DNA of 40,000 nucleotides. Origin: Mariniphaga sp. GTDB taxonomy: Bacteria > Bacteroidota > Bacteroidia > Bacteroidales > Prolixibacteraceae. The translations under genes were made by a program, and so were the position numbers. The notes under the pieces were generated by a model, which made no database searches, was not told where the DNA came from, and saw nothing but the letters and a program-made list of their open reading frames with translations. How positions within the stretch are numbered: the first letter of the stretch is position 1; each line of letters begins with the position of its first letter. Positions 26,530-33,446 of the stretch are shown piece after piece. The stretch spans positions 291,896 through 331,895 of the forward strand of contig JAWLCL010000005.1 of assembly GCA_041687255.1 (NCBI GenBank). Direction: 5' to 3'.

Positions 26530-26587
26530 GTAATAGCCAAGGGTTCATGCTACGAAAAAATATTTAGCTAATTTAAATGAAAATAAA

Positions 26588-26595
26588 TATATTTG
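26588..26595 (+). promoter_or_regulatory. TAnnTTTG promoter-like motif inside cassette 6
   Basis: TATATTTG lies 21 nt upstream of the MNT ATG (26617). Confidence 0.3.
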
Positions 26596-26616
26596 GATTA
26601 ACAAAATGAAAGCGAG

Positions 26617-26916
26617 ATGATTGATTCAAATAGCTTAATTAAGTATTTATCCGAGAATAAAGCCCGGTATGAAAAGGATTATAATTTAATCAGGATTGGC
26701 ATTTTTGGATCAGTTGCTCGTGGAGAACAGACTGATGGAAGTGATATTGATTTGGTCGTTGAGTTTAAACCAAATACACCCGATTTATACTCAAAAAAGT
26801 ACAAATTAAAAGAAGAGATTCAAGAAAAATTTAAAACTTCGGTTGATATATGCAGATTAAAATATATTAAACCAATTTTTAAACATATGATTCAATCTGA
26901 AGTTAAATATGTATAA
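26617..26916 (+). CDS. Cassette 6: minimal nucleotidyltransferase (MntA-type antitoxin)
   Basis: GIFGSVARGEQTDGSDIDLVVEF (GS...D.D nucleotidyltransferase motif). 99 aa, with an 8-nt overlap with the HEPN gene. Confidence 0.88.
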   Translation: MIDSNSLIKYLSENKARYEKDYNLIRIGIFGSVARGEQTDGSDIDLVVEFKPNTPDLYSKKYKLKEEIQEKFKTSVDICRLKYIKPIFKHMIQSEVKYV

Positions 26917-27259
26917 AACTACACATAAAGATTTTGCATGTATCTTAAATATATTGGATTCTATTTCAAAGATTGAAAAATATTCACACGATTTTTCTGA
27001 CGCCGATAGTTTTTACGAAGACAGCAAATCGTTTGATGCCGTTATGATGAATTTTGTTGTAATAGGTGAAATGGCAGAAAAGCTATCACACGGTTTTATT
27101 GAAAATACTGGTAAAGAAATAGAGTGGCCCAGAATAAAAGGATTAAGAAATATTATTGCACATGATTATTTTGGAATTGATGCAGAAGAAATCTGGCAAA
27201 TAATTCATGGCAGATTGCAGAATTTAAAAAGCTTTTTAGTAAAAATAACTAACGAATAG
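26909..27259 (+). CDS. Cassette 6: HEPN/DUF86 toxin (HepT-type)
   Basis: RNIIAHDYFGID (Rx4H HEPN motif). 116 aa. Confidence 0.88.
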   Translation: MYKTTHKDFACILNILDSISKIEKYSHDFSDADSFYEDSKSFDAVMMNFVVIGEMAEKLSHGFIENTGKEIEWPRIKGLRNIIAHDYFGIDAEEIWQIIHGRLQNLKSFLVKITNE

Positions 27260-27278
27260 GCTACATACCTGTAATCGA
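27259..27278 (+). repeat. attC-like site 6, left part (R'' box), separated from the rest by the intron
   Basis: GGCTACATACCTGTAAT (27259-27275) is the near reverse complement of GTTACAGGTAATAGCC (26523-26538), the 5' end of cassette 6. Confidence 0.6.
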
Positions 27279-27323
27279 GTAGCCTGCCCTGTCAGCAAAC
27301 GCTGACAGGGAGAAGCTCTCACA

Positions 27324-27357
27324 CCACCGTACGTACGGGTCTCGTATACGGCGGTTC
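27324..27357 (-). ncRNA. Group II intron domain V
   Basis: GAACCGCCGUAUACGAGACCCGUACGUACGGUGG, a 34-nt helix with a 2-nt bulge, immediately 3' of the reverse-transcriptase stop codon. Confidence 0.8.
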
Positions 27358-27358
27358 G

Positions 27359-28684
27359 TCAAGTCGTCAGGAAACCGAGGGACATAGTCCCTTCCCAATT
27401 TACAGGTTTACTTTGATTGTAGAGTTCCAGCAAAGGAACATAACCCCGTTTCTTCAACCGTTCAACGGTAATCGTAGTTCCAAGAATGGGGCTTTGGGCA
27501 ATTGCCCATCCACCCATACGTGAACGGCTCCATGAATAGGCTTGTTGGATTTCAACTCCTAACCGAATCAGGTTCTTCTTTTTTCGTTCAGGCTTTTTCC
27601 AGTGGTGCCAAATGCAATAGCGGAGCCGGTTTCTCAACCACCCATCCAGTTCTGCGAGTTTATTTTGGATGCTTGCCATTCGGAAAGCATTTACCCATCC
27701 GCGCTGGACTTCGTTGAGTTTTCTGATTCTTTCGTCGAAACTCAATGGAGTGGTTTTTCGGGTTATCGTTTTTAGCTTTTGCTTAAACTTTCCCCAGCTC
27801 TTTTTCGCAACTACCAGTTGATACTTGCCACGTTCGCCTTTCACATATGTAGGTACAAAGCCAAACCCTAAGCAGGTAAATTGTACAGGCCTGCGGATAC
27901 CACTTTTCTCCCGGTTGATGGCTAACTTTAACTTGTCCCGAAGGAATTTGTAAATGTTGTTGCCTGCCTTCCGGGCAGTTGCTTTTGTTTTAACATAAAT
28001 GCTAAAATCATCGGCATAGCGGATAAACCGTAGTCCCTGTCGTTCCAGTTCTCTATCCAGTTCATGCAGCATGATATTGGACAGTAACGGGCTTAGCGGG
28101 CTACCCTGTGGTACGCCTTTTCGTCGTTTGACTAGTTTCCCTTTTATTTGAATCGGGGCACGCAGCCATTTTCGGATGAGACGCATGGTGTCGCGGCATT
28201 TGATTTTACGGTTTAGCAATTGCAGCAGATAGCAATGGTCAACTTCATCGAAGAAAGTTTTTAAGTCAATATCTACGATGTATTGAAACCCTTCGTTGAT
28301 GTACCCCTGTGCTTTCAAAACTGCCTGATGCAGATTTCTATTTGGCCGGAACCCAAAACTGGATTCCGAGAATTCAGATTCGAATCTTGCATTAATGACT
28401 TGCAAAACCGCTTGTTGAAGTAGTCGGTCGGTTACCGTGGGAATCCCCAGTAATCTGGTTTTCCCGTTCCCTTTCGGGATTTCTACTCCTAAAATGGGTT
28501 GAGGCAAATACTTTCCACTTCTGAGTTTTACTGTCAGTTCTTCCTTGTCGATTGACATGAGTTCCGAGAGTTTGGTTACAGGCATGTGGTCGACTCCTGC
28601 CGAACCGTGGTTCTTCTGGACTTGACGCATTGCCTGCAACAGGTTCTTCCGTGTAAGAATTTGTTCAATCATTTTAGTTTTCAT
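27359..28684 (-). CDS. Group II intron reverse transcriptase/maturase (no endonuclease domain)
   Basis: 441 aa. RT motifs are present, including IRYADDFSIYV (YADD) and PQGSPLSPLLSNIML. The X/maturase region includes RGWVNAF. The protein ends soon after, so there is no D/En domain. Confidence 0.93.
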   Translation of the reverse strand: MKTKMIEQILTRKNLLQAMRQVQKNHGSAGVDHMPVTKLSELMSIDKEELTVKLRSGKYLPQPILGVEIPKGNGKTRLLGIPTVTDRLLQQAVLQVINARFESEFSESSFGFRPNRNLHQAVLKAQGYINEGFQYIVDIDLKTFFDEVDHCYLLQLLNRKIKCRDTMRLIRKWLRAPIQIKGKLVKRRKGVPQGSPLSPLLSNIMLHELDRELERQGLRFIRYADDFSIYVKTKATARKAGNNIYKFLRDKLKLAINREKSGIRRPVQFTCLGFGFVPTYVKGERGKYQLVVAKKSWGKFKQKLKTITRKTTPLSFDERIRKLNEVQRGWVNAFRMASIQNKLAELDGWLRNRLRYCIWHHWKKPERKKKNLIRLGVEIQQAYSWSRSRMGGWAIAQSPILGTTITVERLKKRGYVPLLELYNQSKPVNWEGTMSLGFLTT

Positions 28685-29222
28685 TTCCTGTTTCCCTGTT
28701 CCGCTTAATGTAAGGCTAGAGTTTATTCAAAAGCTTCCTTACAACATTTGGAACAACTTAACGTTCGCCCTTCGGTTCGTCTGTGAGGCCTCCACCGTAT
28801 TCTGGCAGCTCGTTTCCAAAACCTACTATGGCTTCTGCTGACTTCCCGCCAACTGGCGGGACCTCCCCAGGTAAGAGCATCCTCCTTCCTCCGATTCCTG
28901 CTGAATCTACTTGATAAACACACTCCCTTTCGGGCTTTAGGACATCACAATGATGTGCTTGCTCATCCGGTCTATCAAGCCTCGTATCCAGTTCCTGTTC
29001 GTCAGTACCGGAGTTTGTAGTCTCGCTTCCTTCACTGCCTGGGTTACCCCAAACCAGCTTGCGACTTACTAATGCTTCAAGGAGTCACCCCTGCGCATAA
29101 GGGACTTACACCCTCTGGAAATATTTCATGCTCCACTTATGTTCATTGCAATGAAAAATTTGTATTTTTCGAATTTATTCAGAGCTTTCACAAAAGTGTG
29201 CACATGCTCATGCTGGGCACAC

Positions 29223-29351
29223 ACATCATGTATAAAACAATGGGGGTTTATGTGTTCAGTGTAAATCCATTCCCCGTAGCAAATATCTTAACGGCAGACA
29301 ATAATGACGCTCGCAAGTCCCCATCATTTCATACATGTGGGTGTTGGCAGC
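29223..29351 (+). repeat. attC-like site 6, right part (L'' - loop - L' - R')
   Basis: CATCATGTATAAAACAATGGGGG (29224-29246) pairs with CCCCATCATTTCATACATGTGGG (29319-29341), 16 of 19 aligned. This is followed by GTTGGCAGC (29343-29351). Confidence 0.6.
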
Positions 29352-29394
29352 AAGCTAAAAGACAATCAAATATAGATTTAACTACTAACAGATT

Positions 29395-29781
29395 ATGCAG
29401 ACATTTATACACTACTTTTTACATTTAGGCTTTCCATTTTTTATTGCTTACGGATTTTTTAGAAAAGATTGGAAGAAAGTCTATTTGATATTGCTTGCTA
29501 CAATGTTGGTTGATTTAGACCATTTGGTTGCCAACCCAATTTTCCAAGCAAATAGATGTAGTATAAATTTTCATCCTTTGCATACATACTATGCAATGAT
29601 AGTGTATGTCATTCTACTATTTTTCCGCAAACCTTTCAATATAATTGGTATCGGACTTTTATTCCATATGCTGACAGATTTTATTGACTGTATGATGATG
29701 TACTCTAATTGTAAAGACTGTTTTTCAGACTCACCAGCAATAGAGCATTTGATAACGACTTCAAAAATATTGGGAATATAA
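29395..29781 (+). CDS. Cassette 7: small polytopic membrane protein with His/Asp motifs (DUF6122/YdjM-like is a guess)
   Basis: 128 aa with about 4 transmembrane segments. Motifs DLDH, HPLH and HMLTDFID. Confidence 0.65.
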   Translation: MQTFIHYFLHLGFPFFIAYGFFRKDWKKVYLILLATMLVDLDHLVANPIFQANRCSINFHPLHTYYAMIVYVILLFFRKPFNIIGIGLLFHMLTDFIDCMMMYSNCKDCFSDSPAIEHLITTSKILGI

Positions 29782-29837
29782 AAAAATAAAGGGTGACATG
29801 AAAATAATTCATTAACGCATAGAAAACAAGAAAGCCA

Positions 29838-29876
29838 GCTGCCAACAGCACCAACACGCAAGTGGGGGTTCAGTGC
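29838..29876 (+). repeat. attC-like site 7, probably truncated (left box only)
   Basis: GCTGCCAAC (29838-29846) is the exact reverse complement of GTTGGCAGC (29343-29351), which opens cassette 7. I cannot find a convincing right arm or GTT box; GTTCAGTG at 29869 is only a candidate. Confidence 0.3.
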
Positions 29877-30173
29877 TTCTATGAAAGAATGGTCGTCGAT
29901 AAAAACGCTCCAGATTCTGAAGAGTATTTATATGGCTCTCAGGCAAGAGGAAATGCAAAAAAACTTTCTGATTGGGATTTGCTTATATTGCTTAATACTC
30001 CAAATGTTACTTTTGACTTTGAAACCAGGTTTATGGATGAATTTTATGAATTGGAACTGGAAACAGGTGAAATCTTCTCTCCATTGATTTACTCTAAAGA
30101 TGATTGGAAATCAAAATATTCAATTACTCCATTATACGAAAATATACAACGAGAAGGAATCAGATTAAAATGA
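29862..30173 (+). CDS. Cassette 8: nucleotidyltransferase-domain protein (antitoxin-type)
   Basis: YLYGSQARGNAKKLSDWDLLILL (GS...D.D motif). The start is uncertain (GTG 29862 or ATG 29889) and the N-terminus may be shortened. Confidence 0.7.
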   Translation: MGVQCFYERMVVDKNAPDSEEYLYGSQARGNAKKLSDWDLLILLNTPNVTFDFETRFMDEFYELELETGEIFSPLIYSKDDWKSKYSITPLYENIQREGIRLK

Positions 30174-30464
30174 CTGGAACAAAAACCGATTTAGTTAATT
30201 ACAGAATTGCCAGAGCAAAAGACACTTATGAAGATGCTTTAATTCTTTCTGAAAGAGAAAAATGGAATTCCACGATTAACAGATTATATTAATACAACTT
30301 ATTATGCTGTAATAGCTCTCCTGCTCGATTCGGATCTAAATCCAACAACTCATAACGGAGCAAAATCAAATCTCAAGACAGGGAAGATTGATTCAAAATA
30401 TAGCAAAATTTATTCTCAGTTATTCACGTGGAGGCAAAAAGGAGATTATGCAGATTTATTTGGG
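30170..30464 (+). pseudogene. Cassette 8: HEPN-domain gene, frameshifted and 3'-truncated
   Basis: The ATGA overlap with the NT gene is intact. The gene reads MTGTKTDLVNYRIARAKDTYEDALILSEREKWNSTINRLY*, then continues in another frame as YYAVIALLLDSDLNPTTHNGAKSNLKTGKIDSKYSKIYSQLFTWRQKGDYADLF. It stops abruptly where the intron-relic homology begins. Confidence 0.75.
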
Positions 30465-30643
30465 TACGGGTCTCGTATACGGCGGTTCGTCAAGTCATCA
30501 GGAAACCGAAAGACATAGTCACTTTCCAATTACAGGTTTACTTTAATTGCAGAGTTCCAGTAAAGGAGTATCGCTTCCTCAATCGTTAAACTGTAATTGC
30601 TTTTCCAATCCCGATAGCTATCGGGAGGGCTGTGGCAATTGCC
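30465..30643 (-). mobile_element. Truncated, diverged relic of the same group II intron (half of domain V plus the RT C-terminal coding region)
   Basis: GTACGGGTCTCGTATACGGCGGTTCGTCAAGTC.TCAGGAAACCGA ... GGCAATTGCC aligns with 27333-27506 in the same orientation. It ends 10 nt before the sulfatase stop codon. Confidence 0.8.
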
Positions 30644-30652
30644 TAGATGATC

Positions 30653-32188
30653 TTATTTCAGTTCCAAAGTCGTTATTTTCGAAAATTCTTTCCCGCGTAT
30701 CGATACAAAGGTTTGTACCATTTCTTCCAGTTTCTCCGGATTCTTTTCAGCCAGGTTATTTTGTTGTCCGATATCATTTTTGAGATTGTATAGCTGAAAA
30801 TTGGTGGAATTTCCCAGCTCAATATCTACCTGATTGTTTTTTACAGGCCCCCGATAGGGAGGAATCATCAGCCAATCACCCTTACGGAAAGCAGTTCGGC
30901 TTGTAGCTTCCAGCACCAGCATCTCTCTTCCGGTGGTACTCTTCCCCATTAACACCTCCAACAAGTTTTGACTATCGGTTGTATTTTCTTCATCATCGAC
31001 CAATGAAGCCAGCGAGGCCAGCAAATCCAACTGGCAAACCAGTGCGTCGGAAACCTGAGGTTCGATTACACCTTTCCAGTAGGTGATGAATGGCACACGG
31101 GTACCTGCTTCGAACAAACTATACTTACCTCCTCTTAAAGGACCGGATGGTTGATGTCTACCCAGTTTTTCCACTGCATCATCGTAATAGCCATCGTTCA
31201 GAACCGGGCCGTTATCGCTGGTTAAAACAACCAGTGTATTTTCCAGCAATCCTTCTGTTTCCAATGTTTTCATAAACTCACCAATACACCAGTCGGCCTC
31301 TACAATCACATCGCCACGTGGTCCCATACCCGAAGCACCCACGAAACGGGTATGCGGCGTTCGCGGTACATGCGGCTGCTGCATGGCATAATACAAAAAG
31401 AAAGGTTTTTGCTTATGGTTTCTCACATACTCCTGTGCTTTCACCAGAAAATGATCGGCCATATCCACATCGCTCCATTTGGCGCTTTCGCCACCTTTCA
31501 TAAAGCCTATGCGCGGAATACCATTAACGATACTGTTGTTGTGGCCGTGGTGCCATTTCATTGTCAGCAGTTCGGGATTATCCTTCCCTGTTGGCTCACC
31601 TTCAAAATTTTGCTCATAATTTATTTCGATCGGATCATTGGGATCAAGGTTGTCTACATAACCATTTTCAATATAGACTGTTGGAACGCGGTCCTGAGTG
31701 GCTGCCATGATGTAGGAATAATCAAATCCAACCTCATTAGGCCCGGGTGACACCCGTTGGTTCCAATTCACTTCTCCATCCCCCAATCCGAGGTGCCATT
31801 TGCCTACAATAGCAGTTTGGTAGCCATTCTTTTTGAGCATTTTAGGGATAGTTACCTGTTGAGTATCGATAATTAAAGGCGCTGTCCCGGGAAGGATATT
31901 GGCATTTTTATTTCGCCAGGGATAAACACCTGTAAGCAAACCGTACCGGCTGGGTGTGCATGTAGCCGAAGTAGCATGGGCGTCCGTAAATTTAACACCC
32001 AAATTAGCCAGGATATCCATGTTAGGAGTTTTTAATCCAGTGGCGCCATAAGCCCCCACATCACCATACCCCAGGTCATCGAGGTAAATAACAACAATAT
32101 TAGGTTTGACCTCCGGAGCAGGTCTTTCGCCAGTTGCACAGGCGGAAACTGCGGCCAAAAAAGTGGTTGTTAACAGTAAATTTTTCAT
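30653..32188 (-). CDS. Arylsulfatase-family sulfatase (lipoprotein)
   Basis: Formylglycine motif SATCTPSRYGLLTG, and the N-terminal DDLGYGD metal-binding motif. 511 aa. Confidence 0.9.
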   Translation of the reverse strand: MKNLLLTTTFLAAVSACATGERPAPEVKPNIVVIYLDDLGYGDVGAYGATGLKTPNMDILANLGVKFTDAHATSATCTPSRYGLLTGVYPWRNKNANILPGTAPLIIDTQQVTIPKMLKKNGYQTAIVGKWHLGLGDGEVNWNQRVSPGPNEVGFDYSYIMAATQDRVPTVYIENGYVDNLDPNDPIEINYEQNFEGEPTGKDNPELLTMKWHHGHNNSIVNGIPRIGFMKGGESAKWSDVDMADHFLVKAQEYVRNHKQKPFFLYYAMQQPHVPRTPHTRFVGASGMGPRGDVIVEADWCIGEFMKTLETEGLLENTLVVLTSDNGPVLNDGYYDDAVEKLGRHQPSGPLRGGKYSLFEAGTRVPFITYWKGVIEPQVSDALVCQLDLLASLASLVDDEENTTDSQNLLEVLMGKSTTGREMLVLEATSRTAFRKGDWLMIPPYRGPVKNNQVDIELGNSTNFQLYNLKNDIGQQNNLAEKNPEKLEEMVQTFVSIRGKEFSKITTLELK

Positions 32189-32226
32189 GCTTTTATTTTT
32201 TCTGATACTATTGATTCAGTGTCGAT

Positions 32227-33363
32227 TTATTTTAAGGCCCACTCCTTCTTCCACCTGATAACAGGCTGGTCGTCCTCAAACTCAATGGGCAGCCATATAT
32301 AGCGTCCGTCTATGGCATTTTCAGGCATCCAACGATCACCCATAAAGATGAATTCACCTGGTTTATGCGGGTTCTCGATAACGAAGGTGCTTTGTGAGTC
32401 AAAGGTCGTTTCCATTTGTTCTTCCGTTCCACGGCAAGGATTTCCCAAGGATGTCCATGGTCCAAAAATATTATCCGCTACAAACGAACGTGCTGCATTG
32501 GGGGCCCAACCGGTACATCCTGAGGCAATGAGATAATATTTTCCATCTTTCTTAAACACGGCGGGCGCTTCATTGTGACCGGCAGGCATTACAGCTACAT
32601 AGCGATCGGTAAATGCAGTGTATTCATCGTTTAATGCTGATATATGTAAAGTCAGGTTTTCTTCGGAAGAATGAATATGGTAAGCTTTCCCGTCGTCATC
32701 CACAAAGAGGGTCATATCACGGGCCATCTGTCCTTTTTCAAAATCACGATGGATGAACAACCCATCGGAAACTGCTTCCAGCCATTCCTCCGACCAACTT
32801 TTCAGTTCATTTGGAAAGCTCATTTGTTTTTGCTGAGATGTAAAATTCAGCGGCCACACTCCGGCATTAGGATTGATGCTGTGAATGTATTGAAACGGAC
32901 CGTTTGGTGAATCGGCAACTGCAAGTCCGGTTTTTGCAGCAGTATAGCCCATTCCTTTTAATTCATGGTGAAACCACATCACAAACTTCTTCGTTTTGCT
33001 GTTATAAATTACTTTGGGTCTTTCGATGATGCAACCTTTCACAATCGGGCTCTCAGGATCATCAGAGACGCTAAGTGCAATACCTTCATCTTTCCAGTTG
33101 TAAAGGTCATTTGAGGAATAAACATGAACACCAACCATTGCCCTGTTTCCGGCTTTTCCTTCAATTTTATGTTCTCCATACCAATAGTAGGTTCCATCAA
33201 ACTCAAGGAGGCCACCGCCATGGGCATTGATGTGGACGCCATTGTTGTCGGGCCAAATTGCTCCCGGCATAAAACTCTGCTGTTTGGTATTTTGGGCAAT
33301 GCTACCCATACCCATCCACACAATTACGATAACACAAAAAACTTTAAGTGGCTTCATAATCAA
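32227..33363 (-). CDS. Glycoside hydrolase family 43-like protein
   Basis: 378 aa with a signal peptide. Five-bladed-propeller-type motifs (YYWYGEH, VIERPKVIY, GHNEAPAVFKKDGKYYLIASGCTGW). The family call is made by eye. Confidence 0.75.
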   Translation of the reverse strand: MIMKPLKVFCVIVIVWMGMGSIAQNTKQQSFMPGAIWPDNNGVHINAHGGGLLEFDGTYYWYGEHKIEGKAGNRAMVGVHVYSSNDLYNWKDEGIALSVSDDPESPIVKGCIIERPKVIYNSKTKKFVMWFHHELKGMGYTAAKTGLAVADSPNGPFQYIHSINPNAGVWPLNFTSQQKQMSFPNELKSWSEEWLEAVSDGLFIHRDFEKGQMARDMTLFVDDDGKAYHIHSSEENLTLHISALNDEYTAFTDRYVAVMPAGHNEAPAVFKKDGKYYLIASGCTGWAPNAARSFVADNIFGPWTSLGNPCRGTEEQMETTFDSQSTFVIENPHKPGEFIFMGDRWMPENAIDGRYIWLPIEFEDDQPVIRWKKEWALK

Positions 33364-33446
33364 AACATTTTAGTTAAAAGGGGATCTTCTATAATCTATG
33401 TTAATTTACGTTTCCTGCCTTGCCCCGGGTCTTTTACACACCGGAA

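Larger units (their letters stand above)
27279..29222 (-). mobile_element. Group II intron, class C-like, inserted antisense in attC site 6 (boundaries +/- a few nt)
   Basis: The minus strand starts GUGUGCCCAGCAUGAGC (from 29222). Conserved domain-I strings are present (GGGUGUAAGUCCC, GUGAAGGAAGCG, CUUACCUGGGGAGGUC, GAAGUCAGCAGAAGCCAUAGUA). There is a reverse-transcriptase ORF, a domain V, and a domain-VI hairpin CCCUGUCAGC guuu GCUGACAGGG. The intron ends ...GGCUAC and is 1944 nt long. Confidence 0.85.
22376..30464 (+). mobile_element. Integron-like gene-cassette array (about 8 cassettes)
   Basis: Units of about 0.8 kb, all ORFs on the + strand, each ending in a roughly 135-bp imperfect palindrome with an AAC box and a GTT box. 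The 5' end of each unit is complementary to its own 3' AAC box. The region is AT-richer than the flanks. Confidence 0.75.

Noticed and set aside
29232-29252. TATAAAAC-aatgggg-GTTTATG as a miniature attC, and 29110 as the intron 5' end
   Set aside because: The segment is better explained as the L'' arm of attC site 6, pairing with 29319-29341. The intron 5' end was moved to 29222, where the GUGUGCCC start typical of class C introns occurs.
28723-29428. ORFs 28723..28923 (-) and 29072..29428 (+)
   Set aside because: They lie in the structured 5' part (domains I-III) of the group II intron and across the intron/attC boundary. There is no protein-like composition.
22375-30464. Regularly spaced repeats as a CRISPR array
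   Set aside because: The repeats are about 135-bp imperfect palindromes with divergent sequences. The so-called spacers are about 700 bp and contain complete genes. No cas genes are present.
30547-30783. 78-aa plus-strand ORF
   Set aside because: It spans the intron relic and the antisense strand of the sulfatase 3' end, so it is spurious.
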